NCBI GenBank assembly: GCA_038999215.1
Contig: JAWABM010000009.1
Span: 609 to 28,297 of the forward strand
Direction of reading: 5' to 3'
Source: Candidatus Aenigmatarchaeota archaeon
Lineage (GTDB): Archaea; Aenigmatarchaeota; Aenigmatarchaeia; Aenigmatarchaeales; JACQIB01
DNA length: 27,689 nucleotides
The notes under the pieces were generated by a model, which worked only from the letters and a program-made list of their open reading frames with translations, did no database searches and was not told the origin of the DNA. Shown here piece by piece: positions 15,647 through 24,598 of this stretch (position 1 is its first letter; every line of letters begins with the position of its first letter). The position numbers and the translations under genes were made by a program.

Positions 15647-17287
15647 ATGGCGCTCATAAATGTAAACACGAAGGACTTGCTGAAGCTCATCGGCAAGAGC
15701 ATGCCCCTTGACAGATTGGAACACAACCTTGCCATGTTCGGGGTAGTGCCAGAACGAGTAACGGATAAAGAATGCGAACTAGAGGTCTTCCCGAACAGGC
15801 CAGACATGCTCTCTGTCGAGGGCCTGGCAAGATCGTTCGCAGGCTTCATAGGAGCCAAAAGGGGGTATATTGAGTACGAGGTTCACAATTCTGACTACGA
15901 GGTCGAGGTGGGCGGTTCGACAAAGGACATAAGGCCAGAGATAGTCTGCGCCGTTGTCAAGAACGTGAAGCTGACTGATGAGCTTGTAACGAGCATTATG
16001 CAGCTACAAGAAAAGCTGCATCTCACCTATTGCAGGAAAAGAGCCAAGGCCTCGATAGGAATCTACGACCTTGATTCCATAATTTTCCCTGTGACATACA
16101 AGGCGGAGAAACCTGATTTCTCGTTCATGCCTCTGGATTTCAAGAGGAAGCTAACGCTGAAGGATATTCTCAAAGAGCATCCGAAGGGAAGGGATTACGG
16201 ATGGATAATAGGGAATATGCCAAGGTATCCTCTGCTCATAGACTCCAAAGGAACAGTACTCTCTATGCCGCCGATCATAAACTCGGAGGAATCGAAGGTG
16301 ACCGAACGCACGAAGAACCTGTTCATAGACGTCACTGGAACCGACAAGAAGACCGTGAACGAGGTGCTGAACATATTGGTCTGCGCCTTGGCGGACAGGG
16401 GTGGTAAGGTGTTCGGCGTCAAAGTAAGCTATCCTGCAAAAAAGATAACCACGCCGCAGCTCGAGCCTTGGAAGAACAGGGTTTCCATCGATTATGTGAA
16501 CCAGGTGCTCGGATTGGACATCAATGCCAAGGAAGCGGCAATCCTTCTGGAAAGAATGAGGTTCAATGCCAGTCCGGGGAAGGACGGCATGATAGAGGTG
16601 GAAATCCCGCCGTACAGGACCGATATAATGCATCCGATAGACCTTGTGGAGGACATAGCCATAATGTACGGTTATGACAATATCGAACCTTATCTGCCAG
16701 AAGTGGCGACGATAGGAAGCGAGAAGCCTATAGAGGCTACGACAAGGAAGCTCAGGGAGCTGATGATAGGCTCCGGATATCAGGAGGTCATCACTTACGT
16801 GCTTACTAGCAAGGAGAACCTGTTCAAGAAAATGGGAATCAAGGAGGAGGCTGTGGCCGAAACGTTGAATCACAAGTCCGAAGAATATTACGCTTGTAGG
16901 AACTGGCTGTTACCAAACATCATGGGCGTCCTTTACGCGAACAGGCATAACGCATTTCCGCAAAAAGTGTTCGAGATAGGGGACTGCATAACGCTCTCCA
17001 GCGACGAAACAGGAACGAAGGTCACAAGGAGGCTTTGCGGCGCCGAGAGCCACGAAAAAGCAAACCTGACCGGAATCAAGTCGGTTGCGGAAGAGCTGCT
17101 GAGGAACATGGGCATGAAGCACGAGATAAGGCAGCTCAGCCATCCCAGCTTCATAGAGACCAGGTGCGGGGAGATAATCATAAACGGGAAGCGCGCCGGT
17201 TTCCTAGGAGAAGTTCATCCGCAGGTGCTGAACAATTTCAACATAGAAATGCCCGTAGTGGCGTTCGAGATAGAAGTCCCTATCTGA
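15647..17287 (+). CDS. pheT: Phenylalanyl-tRNA synthetase beta subunit (archaeal type)
   Basis: 'PNRPDMLSVEGLAR', 'QLQEKLH', 'VLSMPPIINS', 'PPYRTDIMHPIDLVEDIAI', 'GEVHPQVL'. Confidence 0.97.
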   Translation: MALINVNTKDLLKLIGKSMPLDRLEHNLAMFGVVPERVTDKECELEVFPNRPDMLSVEGLARSFAGFIGAKRGYIEYEVHNSDYEVEVGGSTKDIRPEIVCAVVKNVKLTDELVTSIMQLQEKLHLTYCRKRAKASIGIYDLDSIIFPVTYKAEKPDFSFMPLDFKRKLTLKDILKEHPKGRDYGWIIGNMPRYPLLIDSKGTVLSMPPIINSEESKVTERTKNLFIDVTGTDKKTVNEVLNILVCALADRGGKVFGVKVSYPAKKITTPQLEPWKNRVSIDYVNQVLGLDINAKEAAILLERMRFNASPGKDGMIEVEIPPYRTDIMHPIDLVEDIAIMYGYDNIEPYLPEVATIGSEKPIEATTRKLRELMIGSGYQEVITYVLTSKENLFKKMGIKEEAVAETLNHKSEEYYACRNWLLPNIMGVLYANRHNAFPQKVFEIGDCITLSSDETGTKVTRRLCGAESHEKANLTGIKSVAEELLRNMGMKHEIRQLSHPSFIETRCGEIIINGKRAGFLGEVHPQVLNNFNIEMPVVAFEIEVPI

Positions 17288-18038
17288 GCCAGCCGAAGAG
17301 CTGCTCGAATATCCCTGGCTTGTACTCGTATTTCTCGCCGAGAAGCGCTGCGGCGGCCCTCTTGAAACCCACGGCCGCCTTTGAGCGCGGCTTGAACTGG
17401 ACAACAGGCATCCTGCTGCTTATCGACTCAGGCACAGCGGAATCCTCAGGAATCACACCAAGGATATCGTAGCCTAGCATCTCCTGAACTTCTGGCAGCC
17501 TCATCTCATATCTCTTGCCAGCAACTCGATTTACTATGACGCCAGCTATCCTTGTGCCTTTCCTCTCTGCAAGCTTTATCGCCTTGAAGGCATCGGTGAC
17601 CGCCGGGAGTTCGGGATTCGTGACCACTATGACGCCGTCGGAGGCGTACATCGACGCCCTGGCTTCCTTGCCAAGGCCGGCTGCACCGTCAATAAGTATG
17701 AAACCTTTCCTGTCGAACAGGCTCCGCAGGGTCCTATGCAGCTTCTCGGCGTGCGAGCTGCGCACGGCGCTGACAGAGAGCGAGGCCGGTATGACCTTTA
17801 CCCCTGACGGATGGATGTATGTCGCCTGAGAAAGCGTAGCCCTTCCGGAAAGCACGTCGTGCAGGGTCACAGGATAAAGCGGCACACCAAGATGCATGCC
17901 TAGGTTCGGCGTGGTTATATTGCCGTCTATGGCTATCACGCTCTTGCCCATCTGCACAAGCGCGGCAGCAAGATTAGCGCAGGCAGTAGTCTTGCCGACA
18001 CCGCCCTTTGCAGACAGTATGGAGAGTATGACTGTCAT
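17280..18038 (-). CDS. minD: MinD/ParA family ATPase (archaeal MinD)
   Basis: Deviant Walker A KGGVGKTT, 'PNLGMHLG', 'TLHDVLSG', 'LIDGAAGLG', 'VTNPELPAVTDA', 'VIPED'. GGGTGA SD upstream. Confidence 0.93.
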   Translation of the reverse strand: MTVILSILSAKGGVGKTTACANLAAALVQMGKSVIAIDGNITTPNLGMHLGVPLYPVTLHDVLSGRATLSQATYIHPSGVKVIPASLSVSAVRSSHAEKLHRTLRSLFDRKGFILIDGAAGLGKEARASMYASDGVIVVTNPELPAVTDAFKAIKLAERKGTRIAGVIVNRVAGKRYEMRLPEVQEMLGYDILGVIPEDSAVPESISSRMPVVQFKPRSKAAVGFKRAAAALLGEKYEYKPGIFEQLFGWLR

Positions 18039-18088
18039 GCTATCACCCTATTATTCGCTTTTCCAGAATAAAAAAGGCTTGCGGTCCT

Positions 18089-18661
18089 TTAGAGGTATAT
18101 CCTGAAAATGTTGTCCGGTGCCCCTGCCACGCCTTCGGGAACATACCTGTTCCACGGCCTGTCGACAAGCATGACATCTGTCCCAACCTCTGCGACTTTC
18201 ACGGCCGTTTCAATACAATCCTCGAAGAGCAGGTCTACTCCAAGCTCTTCACAGGCAAGTTCCTTGCTGCGGTAATCGCATTCGCCATTGCTGTCGTATT
18301 TGTCTCCTGTATGATAATTTGCATAGAAGTCCTTCGGGTAATGCGTCTCCAACCATTTGTTGGTTTTGGCTTCCACTCTAGCGGGCCTGGAAGTCATTGT
18401 TATCGCCTTGCCCCTATTCGCATAGTCCCTGACAACCTTTTTCATCTCAGGATATGGCTGCATTTCGTCAAAGTAATGAGAATCGAAGAACATCTCCATC
18501 CTTCTCGCGCCTTCAATCCGGCTGCATTTCCATATCCTCCAAAGATCGTAATGCGTGATGTCATCATATTTCAGGTTCGTGGCAAATGCCCCGTTGTGGA
18601 AGGCGTTTATGGCGTCAGCGCAGTTGGCCAGCACGCCGTCGATATCGAAGGCCGTGAGCAT
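18089..18661 (-). CDS. HAD-superfamily 5'(3')-deoxyribonucleotidase-like phosphatase
   Basis: Motif I FDIDGVLA, motif II MTSR, 'TNKWLETHY', motif III K, motif IV FED, C-terminal 'RPWN'. Confidence 0.85.
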   Translation of the reverse strand: MLTAFDIDGVLANCADAINAFHNGAFATNLKYDDITHYDLWRIWKCSRIEGARRMEMFFDSHYFDEMQPYPEMKKVVRDYANRGKAITMTSRPARVEAKTNKWLETHYPKDFYANYHTGDKYDSNGECDYRSKELACEELGVDLLFEDCIETAVKVAEVGTDVMLVDRPWNRYVPEGVAGAPDNIFRIYL

Positions 18662-18692
18662 TCACAATAGATTGCTGGAAAAAGATTTAAGA

Positions 18693-18808
18693 TGGTGCCC
18701 CGCACGGGATTCGAACCCGCGACTTCCAGCTTTCATCGCCCACAAAGGGCTCAACCCTTCTATGAACATAGAAGGCTGGCACTCTAATCCAAGCTGAGTT
18801 AGCGGGGC
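18693..18808 (-). tRNA. tRNA-Arg (TCT) with a 37-nt intron at 37/38 (intron 18732-18768), CCA encoded
   Basis: Reverse complement: GCCCCGC TA ACTC AGCTTGGATTA GAGT G CCAGC CT TCT A [TGTTCATAGAAGGGTTGAGCCCTTTGTGGGCGATGAA] A GCTGG AAGTC GCGGG TTCGAAT CCCGT GCGGGGC A CCA. Confidence 0.93.
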
Positions 18809-18870
18809 CCTAAACAAATCTTAATACGGAGAGCTTATATTTATTAGGGATTTTAGCGAATAGTGATAGC

Positions 18871-21645
18871 ATGGACATCCGGAAGATAGAAAAGAAATGG
18901 CAGGACAAATGGGCCAAAGGAAGAATCTGGGAGCCCAGAAAGGGCAAGAAGAAGTTTTTCATGCATTTCGCCTATCCCGGCATATCAGGCTACCAGCACG
19001 TCGGCCACATGAGGGGCTTCACGTATACGGATGCCATATGCAGGTACAAGAGAATGACCGGACACGGCGTCTTCTTCCCGATAGGAACGCATGCCTCAGG
19101 CAACCAGGCCATAGGATTCGCGAACAAAGTCAAGAAGGGCGATCGGAAATGGATCGAATATCTTATAGCAAACGGCTATCCTGAGGGAAAGATGAAGGAC
19201 ATGGAGGATCCCAAAAAGGTCGTTGATTACTTCAATGCGAACTATATAGAAAACTGGAAAAAATACGGGTTCCTGGCAGACTGGGACTCGTTCACCTGCA
19301 CCATCTATCCTGATTACGGCAAGTTCATAGAATGGCAATTCAGGAAGCTGAACGCACTGGGACTGCTGGTGAAAAAGCCTTACTTCGCCACCTTCTGCTC
19401 CAACTGCGGTCCGGTGGCAGTCGACCCGTCAGAAACCGACATATCGAAGGGAGGCAATGCACAGAAGCAGGAATTCACGCTAATCAAGTTCAAGCTCGGA
19501 GACGCTTACCTAGTCGCAGCCACGCTGCGGCCGGAAACGATGTTTGGGCAAACTAATCTATGGGTGGACCCAAATTTCGAATATGCTATTGCACAGGTAG
19601 GAACGGAAAAATGGATATGCTCGCCGCAGTGCGTGGAGAAGCTGAAAAACCAGAAGAGCGGCGTGAAGGAATCCGGTAAAATAAAAGGAGAGGAGCTCAT
19701 CGGGAAATACGCCAATGCCTTGTCCATAGGCAAGGACATAATAATACTCCCTTGCGAGTTCTGCGATCCCAACGTTGGTACCGGCATAGTGACGTCAGTT
19801 CCGTCCGATGCGCCCTACGACTGGATGGCACTGAAGGACCTGCAGAAAAACTGCAATGGCAGCTACTGCGCTGATGTCAAGAAGCTGAAGCCGATACCAA
19901 TCATAATCTCAAAGGAGTACGGCGACCTGCCTGCCGTCAGGATATGCGAAGAAATGGGGATAAAGGACCAGCATGACCCAAAGCTCGAGGAAGCTACCAA
20001 AATAATCTACAAGAAGGGATTCCATACCGGCGTGATGAACCAAAACTGCGGAAAGTACGCGGGTATGCCTGTCGAAAAGGCGAAGGAGAAGATAAAGGAA
20101 GAAATGATAAACGGAGGCAAGGCGGACGTGCTCTACGACCTCTCCGAGGAAGTCATATGCAGGTGCGGCGCAAAGGTCATAATCAAAAAAATACCCGACC
20201 AGTGGTTCATCAAGTATTCGGATGAAAAGCTGAAAGAAAAATCAAAGGCACACGCGAGGACAATGAGGGTGTATCCGCAGGACTATTACGAGAGCCTGCC
20301 GAGCGTGATAGACTGGTTCCAAGACAGGGCCTGCACAAGGTTAGGCAACTGGCTGGGCACAAAGATGCCGCTAGACACCAAATGGACAATAGAACCCATA
20401 GCTGATTCAACACTCTATCCTGCATATTATATCGTATCGAGATTCATTAACAGCAAAAAACTAAAAACGTCCGACCTGACCGAGGAGTTTTTCGACTATG
20501 TCTTCTTGGGCGAAGGGAAGCCGAAGAACGCGATATGGGATGTTGTGAAAGCCGAGTTCGAATACTGGTATCCTGTTGACATAAACCTCGGGGGAAAGGA
20601 GCACCAGACGGTCCACTTCCCGGTCTATGTGATGAACCATGTCGCGATAATGGGCAAGAAGAGCTGGCCTAAAGGCATATTCGTCAATTACTGGCTGACA
20701 GGCGAAGGAGGCAAAATATCCAAATCCAAAGGCGGGGCCGCAGCCTCGCCGCAGCAGGCGGCCGAAATGTACGGAGCAGATTCCCTCAGGCTCTACTATG
20801 CCCATATAAGCTCGCCTCACGCGGACGTGGTCTGGAACGAAGACAATGTTATTTCATACAAGAACCATGTAGCCGGCATTTATGAAATGGTCAGCGCACT
20901 CAAATCATTGAAAGGCGACAGCATGACGAGCCTTGAGAGATGGCTGCTCTCAAAGGCCAACACGAAGCTCAAGCAATATCTTGATTATATGGAGGAATAT
21001 AATCTAAGGAAGGCGGTCGACATAGCTCTCTTCGAGTTCATGAACGATATGAACAGGTACCGGAAGCGCGGAGGCAACAACAAGAAAGTGGCCGCAGCCG
21101 TAGCCGAGATGTGGCTGAAGATGCTTGCGCCATTCACACCGCATATTTGCGAGGAATGCTGGGAAATTCTCGGAAAGAATGGAATGATATCAACTGAACA
21201 GATGCCGGCTCCGGACGAAAAAATGATAGATAAGAGGCTGGAGGCCATGGAAGAATACGTGCACAAGGTACTGAAGGACATAGAGGAAATAAAGAAGATT
21301 GCCAAGATAGAAAAGCCAAGGAAGATAACAATCTTCATATCGCCCTCGTGGAAATACGAAGCCTACAACCATGCGCTCGAGGGCAAGGATATCAAGACCG
21401 TGATGCAGACGCCGCTCAAGCAGCATGGCAGCGCGCTCGCCGCCTACTATCAGAAGCTTCTCAAGAACAGGCCGACGGAGGAGCTTTTCCTTACAGCCTC
21501 GGCCGAAACAAAAAGTCTGAAAGAAAACGAGAAGTTCTTCAGGGAAGAATACGGATGTGAAATAGAAATAGTGCCTGCTGAGAAATCGGAACATCCCAAA
21601 GCCAAATCGGCAGAACCCGCAAAGCCGGGAATATTGCTGAACTAA
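18871..21645 (+). CDS. leuS: Leucyl-tRNA synthetase (archaeal/eukaryal type)
   Basis: 'IEKKWQDKW', HVGH, 'FIEWQFRKL', CP1 editing motifs 'ATLRPETMFGQTNLWV' and 'GTGIVTSVPSDAPYD', 'FEYWYP', KISKS, 'YGADSLR', 'APFTPHICEE', 'A.PAKPGI'. Confidence 0.97.
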   Translation: MDIRKIEKKWQDKWAKGRIWEPRKGKKKFFMHFAYPGISGYQHVGHMRGFTYTDAICRYKRMTGHGVFFPIGTHASGNQAIGFANKVKKGDRKWIEYLIANGYPEGKMKDMEDPKKVVDYFNANYIENWKKYGFLADWDSFTCTIYPDYGKFIEWQFRKLNALGLLVKKPYFATFCSNCGPVAVDPSETDISKGGNAQKQEFTLIKFKLGDAYLVAATLRPETMFGQTNLWVDPNFEYAIAQVGTEKWICSPQCVEKLKNQKSGVKESGKIKGEELIGKYANALSIGKDIIILPCEFCDPNVGTGIVTSVPSDAPYDWMALKDLQKNCNGSYCADVKKLKPIPIIISKEYGDLPAVRICEEMGIKDQHDPKLEEATKIIYKKGFHTGVMNQNCGKYAGMPVEKAKEKIKEEMINGGKADVLYDLSEEVICRCGAKVIIKKIPDQWFIKYSDEKLKEKSKAHARTMRVYPQDYYESLPSVIDWFQDRACTRLGNWLGTKMPLDTKWTIEPIADSTLYPAYYIVSRFINSKKLKTSDLTEEFFDYVFLGEGKPKNAIWDVVKAEFEYWYPVDINLGGKEHQTVHFPVYVMNHVAIMGKKSWPKGIFVNYWLTGEGGKISKSKGGAAASPQQAAEMYGADSLRLYYAHISSPHADVVWNEDNVISYKNHVAGIYEMVSALKSLKGDSMTSLERWLLSKANTKLKQYLDYMEEYNLRKAVDIALFEFMNDMNRYRKRGGNNKKVAAAVAEMWLKMLAPFTPHICEECWEILGKNGMISTEQMPAPDEKMIDKRLEAMEEYVHKVLKDIEEIKKIAKIEKPRKITIFISPSWKYEAYNHALEGKDIKTVMQTPLKQHGSALAAYYQKLLKNRPTEELFLTASAETKSLKENEKFFREEYGCEIEIVPAEKSEHPKAKSAEPAKPGILLN

Positions 21646-22391
21646 ACCTTTTCAGATTTCTTCCAGAACTCCTCGAACTTCTCCTTGTAGTCGGTAGGTA
21701 TGTTGAGGAACCAGCGCCCGCCGTCTCCGAACTCCTGTGTTATGCCGTGACGTCCGTCCGATACTATCACGAAAGGCCAAGCCTTGCCTAGCCTCATCTC
21801 TATGCCAATCTTTCTCAGCTTGTCGGAAAGATTGGAATCAACCTCTTCGGCTATCACCCTTATCTTGACACCGCGCTCAGCGGCCCTTCTAAGCGAATCT
21901 ATAAAGATGCAGTCATTGCTGAACTGCTTCAGAACCATCAGAACGTCGACCCTCGAGATGTCAACTATGAAAGCAGCTTTGGCCAAGAAGTCCTTCTCGT
22001 AGTTCTCCCTTATCTTCTCCCCGCCCCAGACATCGCCCAATGGCACGAGCTTGCCATACATTCCTGACAGCCTTTCGAAGAGGTCCTTTTTGGCCATGTA
22101 TTCCCTTATGACATGGCTCATAAACCTCGGGAAAGGGTCCGCGCTAGCGCTGAGCCAGAAAATCTTGTTCTTGTCCTTGCTGCTTTCCACAAGCCCCTTC
22201 TCCTGAAGGGAATAAAGATACTTGTAGGCGTTTGTCACGGAGACATTGGCAGCAGAAGCAATCGTGTTGGCGTTGCATTTTATCTGCCGCTCGCGCCTGA
22301 GCATGAGCATGGCCTGCAAAACCTTGATTTCCAACTCGTCGAAATAGCCGCTCTGCTGGAGCGCTGCGCAGAATTCGTCGATGGAGACCAT
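21642..22391 (-). CDS. TrmB-family transcriptional regulator
   Basis: N-terminal winged HTH 'ANTIASAANVSVTNAYKYLYSLQEKGLV' and a C-terminal PLD-like effector domain 'LRRAAERGVKIRVI...FVIVSDG...FEEFWKKS'. Confidence 0.85.
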   Translation of the reverse strand: MVSIDEFCAALQQSGYFDELEIKVLQAMLMLRRERQIKCNANTIASAANVSVTNAYKYLYSLQEKGLVESSKDKNKIFWLSASADPFPRFMSHVIREYMAKKDLFERLSGMYGKLVPLGDVWGGEKIRENYEKDFLAKAAFIVDISRVDVLMVLKQFSNDCIFIDSLRRAAERGVKIRVIAEEVDSNLSDKLRKIGIEMRLGKAWPFVIVSDGRHGITQEFGDGGRWFLNIPTDYKEKFEEFWKKSEKV

Positions 22392-22493
22392 GCTATAAAT
22401 TATATATGAGGATTTAAATTATTAACACCATTATAAGCTGGCTTATAAAGCAGGCGGCAAACCTTTTTATAGTATTTTCTGCCATTAATTGCC

Positions 22494-23105
22494 ATGCAAA
22501 TGAACGATTTCATAAGGATAACGTTCACGGGAAGGATAAAAGAGGGCGGACAGGTCTTCGATACCGGCGAGAAGGTGCCAGTCATAGTCGGCGCAGAATA
22601 CGTGATAAGAGGTCTCGACAAGGTGCTGCACGACATGACAGTCGGGGAGAAAAGGACGGTGGAGATATTCCCTGACGGCGCTTTCGGCGAAAGGCGCGCT
22701 GACTTCGTAAAAACCATACCTCGCGCAGAGTTCGTAAAGCACGGCACAGAGCCAAAGCCCGGCATGGTCGTGAACATGGACAACCTGCGCGGAAGGATAA
22801 TGAGCGTGAGCGGGGGGAGGGTGAAAGTCGACTTCAACCACCCTCTTGCAGGCAAGATCCTGGTCTATGATGTTGAAATAGTCAGCAAGATAGAGCAGCC
22901 AGAAGAAAAGATAAGGGCCATATTCGAATTCTACACCAAGACACCATCAGACAAGCTGAGGCTGGAAATCAAAGGAAAGGAGGCCGAGCTCTTCATTGCC
23001 CCGATAATCCATCCTGCATACAAGAAGCAGATGGCAGGAGACATGATAAGGTTCGCGGGAATGGAAAAAATCAAGTTCTCTGAGGTTTTCGAGAAGGAAA
23101 AATAA
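22494..23105 (+). CDS. FKBP-type peptidyl-prolyl isomerase (SlyD/long archaeal type)
   Basis: 'DFIRITFTGRIKEGGQVFDT', 'VIRGLD', 'PDGAFGER', IF domain, 'VDFNHPLAGKILVYDVEI', plus the archaeal C-terminal domain. Confidence 0.95.
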   Translation: MQMNDFIRITFTGRIKEGGQVFDTGEKVPVIVGAEYVIRGLDKVLHDMTVGEKRTVEIFPDGAFGERRADFVKTIPRAEFVKHGTEPKPGMVVNMDNLRGRIMSVSGGRVKVDFNHPLAGKILVYDVEIVSKIEQPEEKIRAIFEFYTKTPSDKLRLEIKGKEAELFIAPIIHPAYKKQMAGDMIRFAGMEKIKFSEVFEKEK

Positions 23106-23200
23106 AATTTCTACAAGGCTGCGCAAATTATAAATTTTCTTATAAAATCTTGCCCCTCTTTTATATACCACGCCCGAAAAAGATTATTCACCAAAGGCTA

Positions 23201-23206
23201 GGAGGT
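23201..23206 (+). promoter_or_regulatory. Shine-Dalgarno site of ftsZ
   Basis: GGAGGT 7 nt upstream of ATG 23214. Confidence 0.7.
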
Positions 23207-23213
23207 AGATAGC

Positions 23214-24287
23214 ATGGCAGTAAGATCAGATCCAACAAAGAACTCTTCAGTGGACGAAGAACTAAAGAAACTCCTGGAAACAAGGCGCGCAGAAATAAAG
23301 GTAGTGGGCATCGGAGGTGCGGGCAACAACACCATCTCAAGGATGATGCAGGTGGGCATAGTGGGCTCTGAAGTTGTGGCGCTCAACACCGACGCTCAGG
23401 ACCTTCTCTACACCGACGCCGACACTAAGATTCTCATAGGAAAGGAGCTGACGCGAGGCCTCGGGGCGGGCGCAAACCCGCAAGTCGGGATGGAAGCTGC
23501 AAAGGAAAGCAAGAGCGAGATAAAAGACGCCCTGGAAGGCGCAGACATGGTCTTCATAACCTGCGGCCTAGGAGGAGGGACAGGAACAGGAGCAGCACCG
23601 GTGGTGGCGGAGACCGCTAAGAAAATGGGCGCACTGACGGTAGCGATAGTCACGCTGCCTTTCACTATGGAAGGAAAGCAGAGGATGGACAACGCGAGAG
23701 GGGGCCTTGAGGAGCTGGAAAAGAACGTGGACACGCTGATAGTCATACCCAACGACAAGCTCCTTGAGATAGTGCCTGACGTGTCGATAATAACAGCATT
23801 CAAGGTCAGCGACGAAATACTCGTGAACGCGGTCAAAGGCATAGCCGAGCTTGTGACAAAGCCCGGACTGGTCAACCTTGATTTCGCCGACATAAAGGCC
23901 GTCATGGGAGAGGGCGGAATAGCCATGATAGGCATGGGCGAGAGCGACAGCGAGAACAGGGCCATCGAAGCCGTGGAGAAGGCGCTGAACAACCCGCTGC
24001 TCGACGTGGAAATAGATGGGGCAGAAGGAGCGCTGATAAACGTCAGCGGAGGCTCAGACGTGACTATAAAGGAATGCCAGACCATAGTCGAGGCGGTCTC
24101 GTCGAAGCTGCATCCCGACGCCAAGATAATCTGGGGAGCGCAGATAGTGAAGGAGCTCGGCGACGTCGTAAGGGCGATGCTGATAGTGACAGGAGTGAAG
24201 AGCCCTCAGATATACGGACAGGTAAAGACGTTCACAGGGGAGAAGGAGAAGGAAATCGAGAAAATCCTCGGGATAGACTTCGTATAA
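23214..24287 (+). CDS. ftsZ: Cell division GTPase FtsZ (FtsZ1-type locus)
   Basis: 'VVGIGGAGNN', 'NTDAQDL', tubulin signature GLGGGTGTG, T7 loop 'NLDFAD'. Precedes secE-spt5-rpl11. Confidence 0.99.
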   Translation: MAVRSDPTKNSSVDEELKKLLETRRAEIKVVGIGGAGNNTISRMMQVGIVGSEVVALNTDAQDLLYTDADTKILIGKELTRGLGAGANPQVGMEAAKESKSEIKDALEGADMVFITCGLGGGTGTGAAPVVAETAKKMGALTVAIVTLPFTMEGKQRMDNARGGLEELEKNVDTLIVIPNDKLLEIVPDVSIITAFKVSDEILVNAVKGIAELVTKPGLVNLDFADIKAVMGEGGIAMIGMGESDSENRAIEAVEKALNNPLLDVEIDGAEGALINVSGGSDVTIKECQTIVEAVSSKLHPDAKIIWGAQIVKELGDVVRAMLIVTGVKSPQIYGQVKTFTGEKEKEIEKILGIDFV

Positions 24288-24296
24288 GGCCTTCCC

Positions 24297-24320
24297 TTTT
24301 GTCTTTTTCTTCTTGTTTTT
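24297..24320 (+). terminator. Probable oligo-T terminator after ftsZ
   Basis: TTTTGTCTTTTTCTTCTTGTTTTT just downstream of the stop, followed by a new TATA (TTTAAATA, 24348-24355) for secE. Confidence 0.55.
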
Positions 24321-24391
24321 GCGGCCGGAGCGGCAGCGCTGTTAACATTTAAATAGTCTTCGTTATAATAGTCAGAATAGGTTCTGGTGAG

Positions 24392-24598
24392 ATGATGGGA
24401 ATAAAGAGCCTATTTTCGCCGGCAGCATGGAAAGAAAGGCTGACGCAATACAAGAGGACCGTCGAGGTCAGCAGAAAGCCGGACAGGATGGAGTTCAACA
24501 GCTCGGCAAAGATAACCGGGATAGGCATAGCGCTGATAGGTGCGATAGGGTTCGCGATATTCCTTGCCTACCATTTCATAATGCTGGTGGTCAAATGA
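24392..24598 (+). CDS. secE: Protein translocase subunit SecE (Sec61-gamma)
   Basis: 'YKRTVEVSRKPDRMEF..SAKITGIGIALIGAIGFAI'. Conserved position between ftsZ and spt5. Confidence 0.95.
   Translation: MMGIKSLFSPAAWKERLTQYKRTVEVSRKPDRMEFNSSAKITGIGIALIGAIGFAIFLAYHFIMLVVK

Noticed and set aside
20713..20727. KISKS instead of KMSKS in LeuRS as a sign of an inactive paralogue
   Set aside because: A conservative variant. The catalytic Lys, HVGH and CP1 motifs are intact.
24427..24594. N-terminal extension of Spt5 in the ORF track
   Set aside because: It overlaps secE out of frame. The real start is 24595.
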